Position numbers and translations under genes: made by a program. The notes beneath the pieces were generated by a model, which ran no database searches, was not told the origin of the DNA, and saw only the letters and a program-made list of their open reading frames with translations. A stretch of DNA of 48,418 nt. Origin: Patescibacteria group bacterium (GTDB taxonomy: Bacteria; Patescibacteriota; Minisyncoccia; RBG-13-40-8-A). The stretch lies in the NCBI GenBank assembly GCA_049322295.1, contig JBMORO010000052.1:1-48418 (forward strand), in the 5' to 3' direction. This document shows positions 27,143 to 36,594 of this stretch, piece after piece (the first letter of the stretch is position 1; each line of letters begins with the position of its first letter).

Positions 27143-28366
27143 TTAAAAAAGTGGATTACCTTGGACATCTTTGGGTGTCCTGATTCCTAAAATTTTAGAA
27201 ACCATGGGAGCAATATCTACTATGGAAGCAGAATCAATAGATTTATGAGGAACTGTCTTGCCCCAAATTATTAAAGGCACTCTTATCTCTTCTTCACTTA
27301 ATCCTCCGTGGTCTCCAACCCAATTATTAGTAGTAAAGCCATAACCTGGTTTCAAAACAAAAGTGATATCCGACAACCGTTCGTGATTTAAATTTAATTT
27401 AGAAGATTCTTCTTTGGTAAAAACCCTTTCCACCCCTTCTAATTCTTTAAAAAAATCAATTATTCTAGGAATATCATTTAGATTATTTAGCCAAATCTGG
27501 ACATGGCGCGTGACTAGAGTAGCTATTGCCATATTGCTCTTTCCTTTATTATAGACAATTATCCTTACTTCTTTCCCGATAGGATGAGGGAAGATTTTGC
27601 TAATTTTGTATCCGATTTTTTCTAAAGAAATATTTTCCAAAGAAATTCTTTTATCTATCTTTACCTGACCATGGTCTGAAGTTATAATAAGGGCTATTTC
27701 ATCTTTAGACTGCTTAATTAAATCCATAAACATACCTATTTTCTTATCACAAACTTCTATAACCTTTAGATATTGAGAGGAATCTGGTCCATATTCATGA
27801 CCCACTTGATCTGGCTCACCTAAAACTAGATAAAAGAAAATATATCTATCATCTTTAAGAGTCTCGGCAATATTAGAGTTTTTCCCTCTTAGTAAATTTA
27901 AAAATAAATTATTATCTCTAAAATATCTTAAAATTTTAAAAAGATAAGGGCTTTGCATAATAAATTGACTTGAGCTTATGTTATTCACAAATTTTCTTAT
28001 GATTTTATGAAAAAAATTATCTCCTGACTCAAACCATACTGCCCGTGGACCAACGACTAAACTTTTTTTATTATAACTTTCAATAACATTAAACAAGCTC
28101 TCTGTCTGACAATATTTTATTCCATTTATATCTATTAATTTTCTTCTTTTTTTATCCCAATAAAAATGACCAGTGATTCCAGTTTTCTCTGGGTAGGCCC
28201 CTGTTAAAAGAGAAAGGTGAGCCGGTCCGGTAATAGTTGGAAAAACTGACTGACAATCTTTAATATAAAGTCCTTCCTTAATCATTTTATCGATATTTGG
28301 AGTATTGGCTTTTAAAAATGCGTCTTTTCCACAACCATCTAATATAATAATTAATACTTTTTTCAT
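27143..28366 (-). CDS. Alkaline-phosphatase-superfamily enzyme (type I phosphodiesterase / nucleotide pyrophosphatase-like)
   Basis: IIILDGCG supplies a metal ligand. SVFPTITGPAHLSLLTGAYPEKTGI contains the nucleophile Thr motif. GEPDQVGHEYGP and ITSDHGQ are also present. No signal peptide is visible. Confidence 0.7.
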   Translation of the reverse strand: MKKVLIIILDGCGKDAFLKANTPNIDKMIKEGLYIKDCQSVFPTITGPAHLSLLTGAYPEKTGITGHFYWDKKRRKLIDINGIKYCQTESLFNVIESYNKKSLVVGPRAVWFESGDNFFHKIIRKFVNNISSSQFIMQSPYLFKILRYFRDNNLFLNLLRGKNSNIAETLKDDRYIFFYLVLGEPDQVGHEYGPDSSQYLKVIEVCDKKIGMFMDLIKQSKDEIALIITSDHGQVKIDKRISLENISLEKIGYKISKIFPHPIGKEVRIIVYNKGKSNMAIATLVTRHVQIWLNNLNDIPRIIDFFKELEGVERVFTKEESSKLNLNHERLSDITFVLKPGYGFTTNNWVGDHGGLSEEEIRVPLIIWGKTVPHKSIDSASIVDIAPMVSKILGIRTPKDVQGNPLF

Positions 28367-28369
28367 AAT

Positions 28370-29335
28370 TTAAATTTTATCTTTAAACTTGATAGTTAAA
28401 AAACTAAAAACAGCTACAATTAAAGAAAAAAATAAATTAATGATATGAATACCAAAACCAGAGGTAATAGCTATTCCTTTAGAATAACCTAATAAAAGCA
28501 TTCCTATTGCCCAAGAACCCTCGGTAGTGCCAAGACCAATAAAACCGTGAATTGGCAAAACAGAGGTAATTAAACAAAAGGTTGCCACAAAAACGTTCTC
28601 AAAAAAACCAAATTCCAAACCCAGGCTGCGGACCAATATATAATTTAAAAAATACATTGTTAGCCATATAAAAACAGAAAATAAAATCAATGGAAAAAAT
28701 AATTTTGGAGATTTGATAGCCGATAAATTATTAATAATTTTTCCAAGGCCATTATAAAAAGATTTAACAAATTTATAATTAAGTTTCTTTCCAGCTATCT
28801 TTCTGATTTGTCTTAAAATCCAATTGCCAGCAAATAGTAATATTAATGCTATTAAAATGGTAATAACTAAAGCAATAATTCCTAAAATAAGTATTTTTAC
28901 TTTTACTATTCCATCTCTAATTACTAAAAATAATGATAGCAAAAAAAGAATAACAATTACGAGTAAATCGAAAATTCTGGTGGAAATTAAAAGAGAAAAT
29001 CCTTCTTCTAAAGAAATGTTGTGGGTCTTCTTGAATAAATAAGGATAAGATAACTCACCTGCCCTTGCTGGTAATATTTGATTAACCATAATCCCGATAG
29101 AGGTTATCTTAAATAAAGAAAGAAAACCTATTGGTTTTTGTAGTAAAAACCTAAATCTTATCGCCCTAAAAATATTACTTAAAATAAATATTAAAAATGC
29201 AAAAATAAAATAAACAGGTTTTAAATTTTTAATTATCAAATAAACATCATTTAAATTAATTTGGGAGATTAAAATACTCACTAAAATAATAGTAATAATA
29301 AGAGCTATAATATTTCTTTTGGCTGTTTTTCTCAT
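28370..29335 (-). CDS. UPF0104 'flippase-like' membrane protein, paralog 3
   Basis: The protein is multi-TM. LPARAGELSYPYLFKK corresponds to the PGRLGE family motif. Confidence 0.65.
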   Translation of the reverse strand: MRKTAKRNIIALIITIILVSILISQINLNDVYLIIKNLKPVYFIFAFLIFILSNIFRAIRFRFLLQKPIGFLSLFKITSIGIMVNQILPARAGELSYPYLFKKTHNISLEEGFSLLISTRIFDLLVIVILFLLSLFLVIRDGIVKVKILILGIIALVITILIALILLFAGNWILRQIRKIAGKKLNYKFVKSFYNGLGKIINNLSAIKSPKLFFPLILFSVFIWLTMYFLNYILVRSLGLEFGFFENVFVATFCLITSVLPIHGFIGLGTTEGSWAIGMLLLGYSKGIAITSGFGIHIINLFFSLIVAVFSFLTIKFKDKI

Positions 29336-29338
29336 ATT

Positions 29339-30028
29339 CTACATTTTCTTTACTTTATAAAATGATTTAACTAACAGTTGTTGGGGAAATATTTTTTCTA
29401 ACTTATCAAGAACTGCGATTAAAGAAATTGGTAGAAAGCGGTATATTAAAGGAGAAAATAAAAAACAATGTTTGATAGTTATCAGCTTAAAATTAGATTT
29501 TTCTAATATGCTTTTTATATCTTCTCGCGAATGAATAAATACTTTATCTTTATATTTTTTAAAAAAGACACCTAAAATTTGATAGGGACTCCATTTATAA
29601 GTATCGAAGATTAAAACCCCGTCTTTTTTAAGCACCTTAGCCGCTTCCTGAAAAAGGGGGTAAATATTTTTATAATGAAAAATAAAACGCAAACTAACAA
29701 TACAATCAAAAAAACCTTGTTTAAAAGACAGATTAAAAGCATCGGCCCTAACCACATTTTTATAACCTGCGTCTTTTGCCAAATTTAACATTTCCAAAGA
29801 ATAATCTGCTCCAACAATATCTATATTTGGATTTTTTATAAGCAAGTATTTAGCTAAACGACCAGTACCACAAGGTATATCAAGAATCCTTCCTCGTACT
29901 CCTTTTAATAACTCTTCGATAATACTTAACTCCTTAAGATTTACAAACTTCCCGCTTCTTCCCCCAAATCTCCAGTGGTCGTATTTCTCTACTATCTGCT
30001 TTTGAGAATAAATTTGCTTTTTATCCAT
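29339..30028 (-). CDS. Class I SAM-dependent methyltransferase
   Basis: Motif I is ILDIPCGTGRL. FDCIVSLRFIFHY and VLKKDGVLIFD are also present. Confidence 0.8.
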   Translation of the reverse strand: MDKKQIYSQKQIVEKYDHWRFGGRSGKFVNLKELSIIEELLKGVRGRILDIPCGTGRLAKYLLIKNPNIDIVGADYSLEMLNLAKDAGYKNVVRADAFNLSFKQGFFDCIVSLRFIFHYKNIYPLFQEAAKVLKKDGVLIFDTYKWSPYQILGVFFKKYKDKVFIHSREDIKSILEKSNFKLITIKHCFLFSPLIYRFLPISLIAVLDKLEKIFPQQLLVKSFYKVKKM

Positions 30029-31184
30029 TTTTTATTTTTTTATATAATTCCAAATATTTTTTAGTAATATTCTCTTGGCTGAATTTTTGACGAGCAATTT
30101 TCCTTTGATTTATAACCATTTTTTCTCTTAATTCTCGATCAGAAAGTAAATTTATAACTGCTTCGGCTATTTTTTGAGGATTGCCAGAAGGAACAACTAA
30201 AGCAGTATTACCATCTTCAACTATTTCATCTAAGGGTCTAATATTAGTAGTAATCAATGGCACACCTACTGACATTGCTTCTAATAAGGTGCTGGGGAAT
30301 AATTGCGTAGCAAAAGTTACTCGATAAGGTAAAACTAAAATATCTAGAGCAGAAAGAAATTTGGGAGTATTTACTTTACCTAAAATAATTGTTTTTTCCT
30401 CAAGTCTTTCTTTTTTTATTTTCCTTTCAACCTGTCTTTTCCCAGAACTTAACTCGCTCCAAGCCAAAACTAATTTTGCATTGGGAATTTTTTCTAATAT
30501 ATCTTTAAATGCTTTTATTAATAAATCAGCACCTTTATTGTGAGTAAAATGACCAAGATAACCAATTATTTTATTCGATAAACCAAATTTATTTCGGAGC
30601 GCTGTAGTATCGCATCTAATATATTTATTTATGTCTATTGAATTGGGAGTTACACCGATTTTTTCTTCTGGATAACCCAGTAATAAAAGTTGATTTTTTT
30701 GATATTCACTGCTCACAATATATTTACAACAACTAAACTTTGTAAATTTCCCAATCAAAGAATTATTTATAAGAATTCGGCTTAAATAAAAAAGGGGGGA
30801 TTGCTTAAAAAATGGCATAATTATCCGATAGTTCTCTATTAAAGATGATTCAAAAACCACTATAATCGGAGCTCTATTTTTAAAACTTATAATATCGCCA
30901 ACAAAAGCAAATGCAGGAGATGGTAAATAAACTTGAACAATATCCACTTGTTTTGAAATCCGACGAACGTTCTTAATAAAATAAATTAAACACAAAGGTA
31001 ACTTTGCTAAACTCCAACTAAAGGGAGCATAATGGATTTTTTTATAAGACGGCTTAGCTGAAGTTTTGGCAGTCAGCAAAATTACCTCTGCGCCCAGTTT
31101 CTGTAAGCCTTGGGCTAAATTATCTACGGTGCTAGGACCAACTACCCCCAAAGTAGTTCTTAAAATTGCTAAAGCAATTTTCAT
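30021..31184 (-). CDS. GT4 glycosyltransferase
   Basis: The C-terminal domain carries FPSTLLEAMSVGVPLITTNIRPLDEIVEDGNTALVV. Confidence 0.8.
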   Translation of the reverse strand: MKIALAILRTTLGVVGPSTVDNLAQGLQKLGAEVILLTAKTSAKPSYKKIHYAPFSWSLAKLPLCLIYFIKNVRRISKQVDIVQVYLPSPAFAFVGDIISFKNRAPIIVVFESSLIENYRIIMPFFKQSPLFYLSRILINNSLIGKFTKFSCCKYIVSSEYQKNQLLLLGYPEEKIGVTPNSIDINKYIRCDTTALRNKFGLSNKIIGYLGHFTHNKGADLLIKAFKDILEKIPNAKLVLAWSELSSGKRQVERKIKKERLEEKTIILGKVNTPKFLSALDILVLPYRVTFATQLFPSTLLEAMSVGVPLITTNIRPLDEIVEDGNTALVVPSGNPQKIAEAVINLLSDRELREKMVINQRKIARQKFSQENITKKYLELYKKIKNG

Positions 31185-31185
31185 C

Positions 31186-32661
31186 TTAATTTCTTTCTCT
31201 AATAAATGACTTTTTAAATAAATACTTTATAAAAGATATAAGGGCAATAAATAACCTCTTTAAATCAGCCAATGATCTAATATCTTTAAGAATACCGGGT
31301 ATTTTCTTTAAAAGAGGATAGTGGCTGAGTTCTCTCCATTCAAAAAGAATTTCATTAATTTCTTCCCAGCTTAATTTATCAATAAATAAGGGAGCATTTC
31401 CTGCTACTGTAGGAAGCAATATAACTCGAGAGTCATTTTCTGCTGCCCAAGAAAAGTCAGATGGTAAAAAGCCTGTCTCTTTGGCATACTCTTCTAATCT
31501 TGTTCCAGGATATATCTTAAGAATGCCAATAGTAACGTCTCCTTGGGCATAGCTCTTTAATTCTCGCATAAGAGCAATGGTTTGTTGGGCTTCCTCAAAT
31601 GTTTCCGTGGGATGACTTACTATAAAAGTAGGGAAAATCAAAAGACCTAACTCTCCACACCACCTGGCTACTTTCCTTACCTGCTCTAAAGTAATTTTTT
31701 TTCCAATAATTTCATCGATAACTCTCTGTGAACCAGATTCTACCCCAAAACACACCTGATAACAGCCAGCTTCTTTCATTTTTTTTAATAATTCTCTGTC
31801 CACTGTATCTACTCTAACTTCGCAATACCAAGAAATATCTAAATGTCGTTCTAGTATTAAATCGCAAATATCTCTAACTCTTTCGCGGTTCATTGTAAGT
31901 GTATCATCAAAGAACCATATCCCCCTGACCCCGTATTCTTTAATCAACCATTCTATCTCTGCTAAAACATTTTCTGGAGACCTATATCTAAACATTCTCC
32001 CCCACATCTGGGAACTGGCACAGAAATTACAACCAATCGGACATCCTCGGCTACTCATTATGTGGGCAGCCGGAATTTTCCCCTTTCCTGGCACATCTAA
32101 AGTAAGTTTATATTTTTTAGAAAGTAGGTGGCGCGCTGGAAAAGGAATTTTATTTAAATCTTTAATAGGTGCTCGGGAAGGATTATGAATAATCCTATTG
32201 TTCTGCCTAAAAGATATACCTGCAACTCTATTAAAACTTTCGCCTTTCTCGAATGTCTTTATTAACTCTAAAAAGGTCTCTTCTCCTTCCCCTCGCACAA
32301 TCATATCAAGTTCTGGAATATAAGAAAGTGTGTCTTGGGGTGTTAATGAAACATGAACTCCGCCCGCTACTACTAAAGAATTTGGTAAAACTTGCTTGGC
32401 AATCTTAATTGTTTTAAAACCATCAAATCTTGTTTCAGTAGTAAAACTCACTCCAACCACATCTGGTTTTTTGTCAAGAAATGCTTTTTTTAATTGATTC
32501 CAAGAATATTTCTCAATAAAAGCATCGATGATTTCTACTTCAATTCCATTTTGTTCTAAAAATGCTGCCAAATATAAAACACCCAAAGGAGGCATAATAT
32601 TTTCACGAGACCAAGTAGTGGCTAAATAACCTTTCGGGGGAATTATTAACAATACTTTCAT
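31186..32661 (-). CDS. B12-binding-domain radical SAM enzyme (class B), paralog 6
   Basis: LGVLYLAAFL, AGGVHVSL, VRGEGEETF and DLNKIPFPARHL are present. The cluster motif is SRGCPIGCNFC. Confidence 0.85.
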   Translation of the reverse strand: MKVLLIIPPKGYLATTWSRENIMPPLGVLYLAAFLEQNGIEVEIIDAFIEKYSWNQLKKAFLDKKPDVVGVSFTTETRFDGFKTIKIAKQVLPNSLVVAGGVHVSLTPQDTLSYIPELDMIVRGEGEETFLELIKTFEKGESFNRVAGISFRQNNRIIHNPSRAPIKDLNKIPFPARHLLSKKYKLTLDVPGKGKIPAAHIMSSRGCPIGCNFCASSQMWGRMFRYRSPENVLAEIEWLIKEYGVRGIWFFDDTLTMNRERVRDICDLILERHLDISWYCEVRVDTVDRELLKKMKEAGCYQVCFGVESGSQRVIDEIIGKKITLEQVRKVARWCGELGLLIFPTFIVSHPTETFEEAQQTIALMRELKSYAQGDVTIGILKIYPGTRLEEYAKETGFLPSDFSWAAENDSRVILLPTVAGNAPLFIDKLSWEEINEILFEWRELSHYPLLKKIPGILKDIRSLADLKRLFIALISFIKYLFKKSFIRERN

Positions 32662-32692
32662 AAAATTTTTATATTACTGAAATTTAAATAAA

Positions 32693-33463
32693 TTATTTTT
32701 TCCTGGCTTTAAAAATAAAATTAGTAGTACTTTCAAATCTTCCGCAGAGAGGAAGATATTTTTCTATAAAAAAACCTTTGTTTTCTAGATAATTTTTTAT
32801 AAAATCAGGATTGAAATAGTGGCGGACAGGAACAAAATACCAGTCCAAAATCAACTCTTCTAATTTTTCGCCCCTTCTTTTGCTTTCTTCCCTTTTAAAA
32901 ATTTTGGTTACCGGCCACAAAAAAACAGCCATTATCTTTGAAAGTGGCACCCAGCAAAAACGAGGAGCCAAAATACAAATCCGTCTAATTAATTCATGCA
33001 ACCAGGTAAGGTTAGTTTTTTTATACAAAGCAATAAACAAGACACCACGATCAGCTAGGGCCCTGATTAATTCGTCAATCGCTTTAAGTGGGTTGGTGGT
33101 ATGATGAGCGCTCCCCCAAGCCCAAACAATGTCAAAATATTTATCAGGAAATTGTAGATTAAGCATATCATCGACTTTAAATTCAATATTGTTTAGATTA
33201 AATTTCCTGGCTAGACTTTTTGCGGTATTTAAGCTTTCCTCGCTGATATCTATACCAAAAACTTTTTCTGCTCCTTTCTTGGCAAAAATAACAGAAAATA
33301 TACCCGTACCACAACCCGCGTCTAAAATCTTCTTTTTGTTTATCTCTTCATCTTTAAAAAAGATTTCTAAATGTTTTCTATGCTCTTCTTCCTCTGGTAT
33401 ATATTTACCCCAGACCAAATCATAAAATTTACCTACTTTTTGTTGTTTAAATTTTTCTCTCAT
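32693..33463 (-). CDS. Class I SAM-dependent methyltransferase
   Basis: Motif I is ILDAGCGTGIFS. FDIVWAWGSAHHT and LADRGVLFIA are also present. Confidence 0.8.
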   Translation of the reverse strand: MREKFKQQKVGKFYDLVWGKYIPEEEEHRKHLEIFFKDEEINKKKILDAGCGTGIFSVIFAKKGAEKVFGIDISEESLNTAKSLARKFNLNNIEFKVDDMLNLQFPDKYFDIVWAWGSAHHTTNPLKAIDELIRALADRGVLFIALYKKTNLTWLHELIRRICILAPRFCWVPLSKIMAVFLWPVTKIFKREESKRRGEKLEELILDWYFVPVRHYFNPDFIKNYLENKGFFIEKYLPLCGRFESTTNFIFKARKK

Positions 33464-34622
33464 AAATTTTATTTACTTTAATTATATATTCTCTTTCGCT
33501 GTATTTAGAATCAGCTATCTTTCTGGCCTTCTCGCTTATCCTGGCACTTAATTCCGGATTCTCTAAAACACTGATTATACCCCTGGCAAATTCCTTTGGC
33601 TTGGGCTCGGTTAAAATAGCTGTGGTCTGATTTAAAACTTGAGTGTGAGTCAATAAATTAGTGGCCACAATTGGCTTTCTTGATTTAAGATAATCATAAA
33701 TTTTTAAGGGGGTATTGGTCCCTTTGATTCTGGGAGAAACTAAAACATCAGCCAGTGCTAAATAATCAGGTATTTCTTCTATTTCCCGCTGACCAGTGAA
33801 AATAATATTTTCTGCTACTTTTAAAGATTCGGCTAAATCTTTAAATTCTTTAATTTGTTCTTCCCAGCCACCGACAATCACAAATTTAACCAAAGGATTT
33901 TTCTCTAAAACCAAAGGAATACTGTTAACCAGCAAGTCAATGCCCTGATAATATTCCAGAGTGCCAATGTAAACTATGGTCTTATATTCATCGGGGATAT
34001 TCAATTTCTTTCTAACCCTTGATTGATTGGCTTCTGTTACTCTAGAAAAATCTACATCAGAAAGGCAATTTTCAATTAAAACATATTTTTCTGAGGGATG
34101 GGTTTTATTAGCTAATTCTAATAAATAAGGACAAATTACTATAATTTTATCAGCGATTTTGAGGGCTAATTTTTCTAAATATTTAGCTAAACCAACTAAA
34201 ATTTTGTTATTGTAAAGGGTATTTCGATTATGAGAAAGTTGCTCTGGTATGGAAGAATGCATATCATAAATCAAGGGAATTTTAAAAACCTTTTTAAAAA
34301 TAATACCCATGTAAGCCGCTTCTTCGTGGACATGTAAACGACCATATTTTCCCCCTAAAAGTAAGCTGAAGGCCTTCAAAAAGAGTATAAGATCAAGAAA
34401 TATCTTGGTTATAGAAGAGCCAATGGGTATTTTTTTTATAAAAAACGGTGCCCAGATTCTATAGATTTTTACATTTTTTATTTTGACATCACTTCCTAAG
34501 TGATAGGTTAAGATATCTATTTCGTACCCAAGCTCACTAAGAACCCTCGCTCGATATAAAATACTAAAGGGGGTGCCGGTAGAAGAAAAAAATTCTTCGG
34601 GCGCGAGCATTAATATTCTCAT
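33447..34622 (-). CDS. GT4 glycosyltransferase
   Basis: MRILMLAPEEFFSSTGTPFSI is the N-terminus. The C-terminal domain carries NTPLKIYDYLKSRKPIVATNLLTHTQVL. Confidence 0.8.
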   Translation of the reverse strand: MRILMLAPEEFFSSTGTPFSILYRARVLSELGYEIDILTYHLGSDVKIKNVKIYRIWAPFFIKKIPIGSSITKIFLDLILFLKAFSLLLGGKYGRLHVHEEAAYMGIIFKKVFKIPLIYDMHSSIPEQLSHNRNTLYNNKILVGLAKYLEKLALKIADKIIVICPYLLELANKTHPSEKYVLIENCLSDVDFSRVTEANQSRVRKKLNIPDEYKTIVYIGTLEYYQGIDLLVNSIPLVLEKNPLVKFVIVGGWEEQIKEFKDLAESLKVAENIIFTGQREIEEIPDYLALADVLVSPRIKGTNTPLKIYDYLKSRKPIVATNLLTHTQVLNQTTAILTEPKPKEFARGIISVLENPELSARISEKARKIADSKYSEREYIIKVNKIYERKI

Positions 34623-34628
34623 AAATGT

Positions 34629-36521
34629 TCACACTTTGTAATAATTTTTATACCAAATTTGAAATACCATCAAAGCCCAGAGAAGTTTTCTATTATCTCT
34701 CTTGCCATTGAAATGTTCATTTAATAATTTTTCAATATAAATATGATTAAATATATCCTGCCTTTTAATATTGTTTTTCTCTAATAAATCCAGGGTTAAT
34801 TTTTTCAATTCCTTTTTCATCCATTTGGCTAATGGTATACCAAATCCTTTTTTCTTCCGATAAATAACTTCTGCCGGTAACTTATCCTTCATTAATTCTT
34901 TTAGTAAGTATTTTCTTTGCCAATATCTAAATTTATAACTAAAGGGGAGAGAACAAACAAAATCTACTACCCGATAATCTAAAAATGGTGCCCTTACTTC
35001 TAAACTATTATACATACTTGCCCGGTCAACTTTGGTTAGGATATCATCCTGTAAGTATTGTTTGAAATCCAAATATAATAACTTGTTTTCAACTGATTCT
35101 TGAGGAAAGCGATCCCAATGTCTTTTAAGGTCGTTGAATAAGAGACCTTCATCAATTTTATTCTTTGCATCGGGGGTAAATAAATTTTCTCTCTCCGAAG
35201 GCAAAAATGCTCCTAGCCATACTTGATGACGAAAATTAATCGGATAGTCCAGACCTGAAAGCATTTTTTTAAACCTAAAATCAAAACTTAAATTACTGTA
35301 AGAAACCGGTAATAAAGTTGTAAATTTTAATAAAATTTTATTAATATTTTTGCGTAAAAATTCAGGAATAATCTCATAATATTTCACAATTTTATGAGCA
35401 AGGTGAGTGTCATAACCAGCGAAAAGCTCATCACCGCCATCACCTGCTAAAGCAACTGTAACCTCCTCCCGAGTTATCTTTGACAATAAATAGGTAGGAA
35501 TTAAAGATGGGTCAGCTAATGGTTCATCTAAAAGATTATAAATCTCAGGAATCAATCTTAAACTATCTTTGGGTTTTAAAATTTTAACATAATGCTCAGT
35601 GCCCAAAAACTTTGCTACTCGACTTGAATATAAGGACTCATCATAGCTTTTTTCTGTAAAACCAATAAAAAAAGTTCTTATTTTTTTATCTGAATTTTTT
35701 TGAGCGTAGTAGGTAACGGTACTTGAATCAAGTCCTCCGCTTAAAAGAACCCCTAGCGGAACATCAGAAATCAGACGGTATTTAACTGCCTGACTTAGTC
35801 GATTCTCCAATTCTTTTAGACAATTTTCTTTATTTATAAAATTAGAAATAGGATTAAAATTAATATCCCAAAACTGCCTAATTTTATAATTTTTTTCTTT
35901 AGCTGAATAGACCAAATAATTAGCGGGTTCTAATTTAAAAACATTTTTAAATATTGCCCAAGGGGCAGGGATATATTCGTAGGTTAGATATTTGTTCAAA
36001 GAATTAAAATCTAATTCCTTTTTTACAGAGGGATGAGAAATAAGGGCTTTAAGTTCTGAAGCAAATATAAACGTATTATTCTGTAAAGTATAGTAAAGTG
36101 GTTTTTTACCTAAGCGATCGCGAGCTAAAATTATTTTTTTCAAAGAATTGTCCCAGATAGCAATAGCGAACATCCCGTTAAATCTTTTAAAACAATTTTC
36201 TTTATTCTCTTCGTATTGATGAACAATTACTTCAGTATCTGAATCTGTGTAAAATCGGTGTCCTTTCAAAATAAGCTCTTTCCTGAGCTCTTGAAAATTA
36301 TAAATTTCGCCATTAAAAACCACCACCACTGATTTATCTTCATTATAAATTGGCTGCTTGCCCGTAACTAAATCAATAATGCTTAACCGTCTCATTCCTA
36401 AACCAACCCCTTCTTTTAAATAAAAACCCTCATCATCTGGACCGCGATACTTGATTAAATCTGTCATCTTTTTCAAAATTTTTTGATTTCCATCACCAAT
36501 ATAACCCGCTATTCCACACAT
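34629..36521 (-). CDS. Asparagine-synthase-family (AsnB-type, glutamine-hydrolysing) amidotransferase, copy 1
   Basis: The N-terminal nucleophile is MCGIAGY. FNGEIYNF is present. The PP-loop is LLSGGLDSS. Confidence 0.85.
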   Translation of the reverse strand: MCGIAGYIGDGNQKILKKMTDLIKYRGPDDEGFYLKEGVGLGMRRLSIIDLVTGKQPIYNEDKSVVVVFNGEIYNFQELRKELILKGHRFYTDSDTEVIVHQYEENKENCFKRFNGMFAIAIWDNSLKKIILARDRLGKKPLYYTLQNNTFIFASELKALISHPSVKKELDFNSLNKYLTYEYIPAPWAIFKNVFKLEPANYLVYSAKEKNYKIRQFWDINFNPISNFINKENCLKELENRLSQAVKYRLISDVPLGVLLSGGLDSSTVTYYAQKNSDKKIRTFFIGFTEKSYDESLYSSRVAKFLGTEHYVKILKPKDSLRLIPEIYNLLDEPLADPSLIPTYLLSKITREEVTVALAGDGGDELFAGYDTHLAHKIVKYYEIIPEFLRKNINKILLKFTTLLPVSYSNLSFDFRFKKMLSGLDYPINFRHQVWLGAFLPSERENLFTPDAKNKIDEGLLFNDLKRHWDRFPQESVENKLLYLDFKQYLQDDILTKVDRASMYNSLEVRAPFLDYRVVDFVCSLPFSYKFRYWQRKYLLKELMKDKLPAEVIYRKKKGFGIPLAKWMKKELKKLTLDLLEKNNIKRQDIFNHIYIEKLLNEHFNGKRDNRKLLWALMVFQIWYKNYYKV

Positions 36522-36557
36522 GTTCGCTTCGCTTCATCAACTAATAACTAATCTATA

Positions 36558-36583
36558 CGAATTTACGAATATTCGTAAATTCG
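36558..36583. promoter_or_regulatory. Perfect 26-nt palindrome in the only sizeable gap of the 16-gene minus-strand run
   Basis: CGAATTTACGAATATTCGTAAATTCG is its own reverse complement. It overlaps a weak promoter-like TTTACG-N16-TATAGA (minus, 36579-36552) upstream of the AsnB-type gene. Confidence 0.5.
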
Positions 36584-36594
36584 AAAATAATTCG

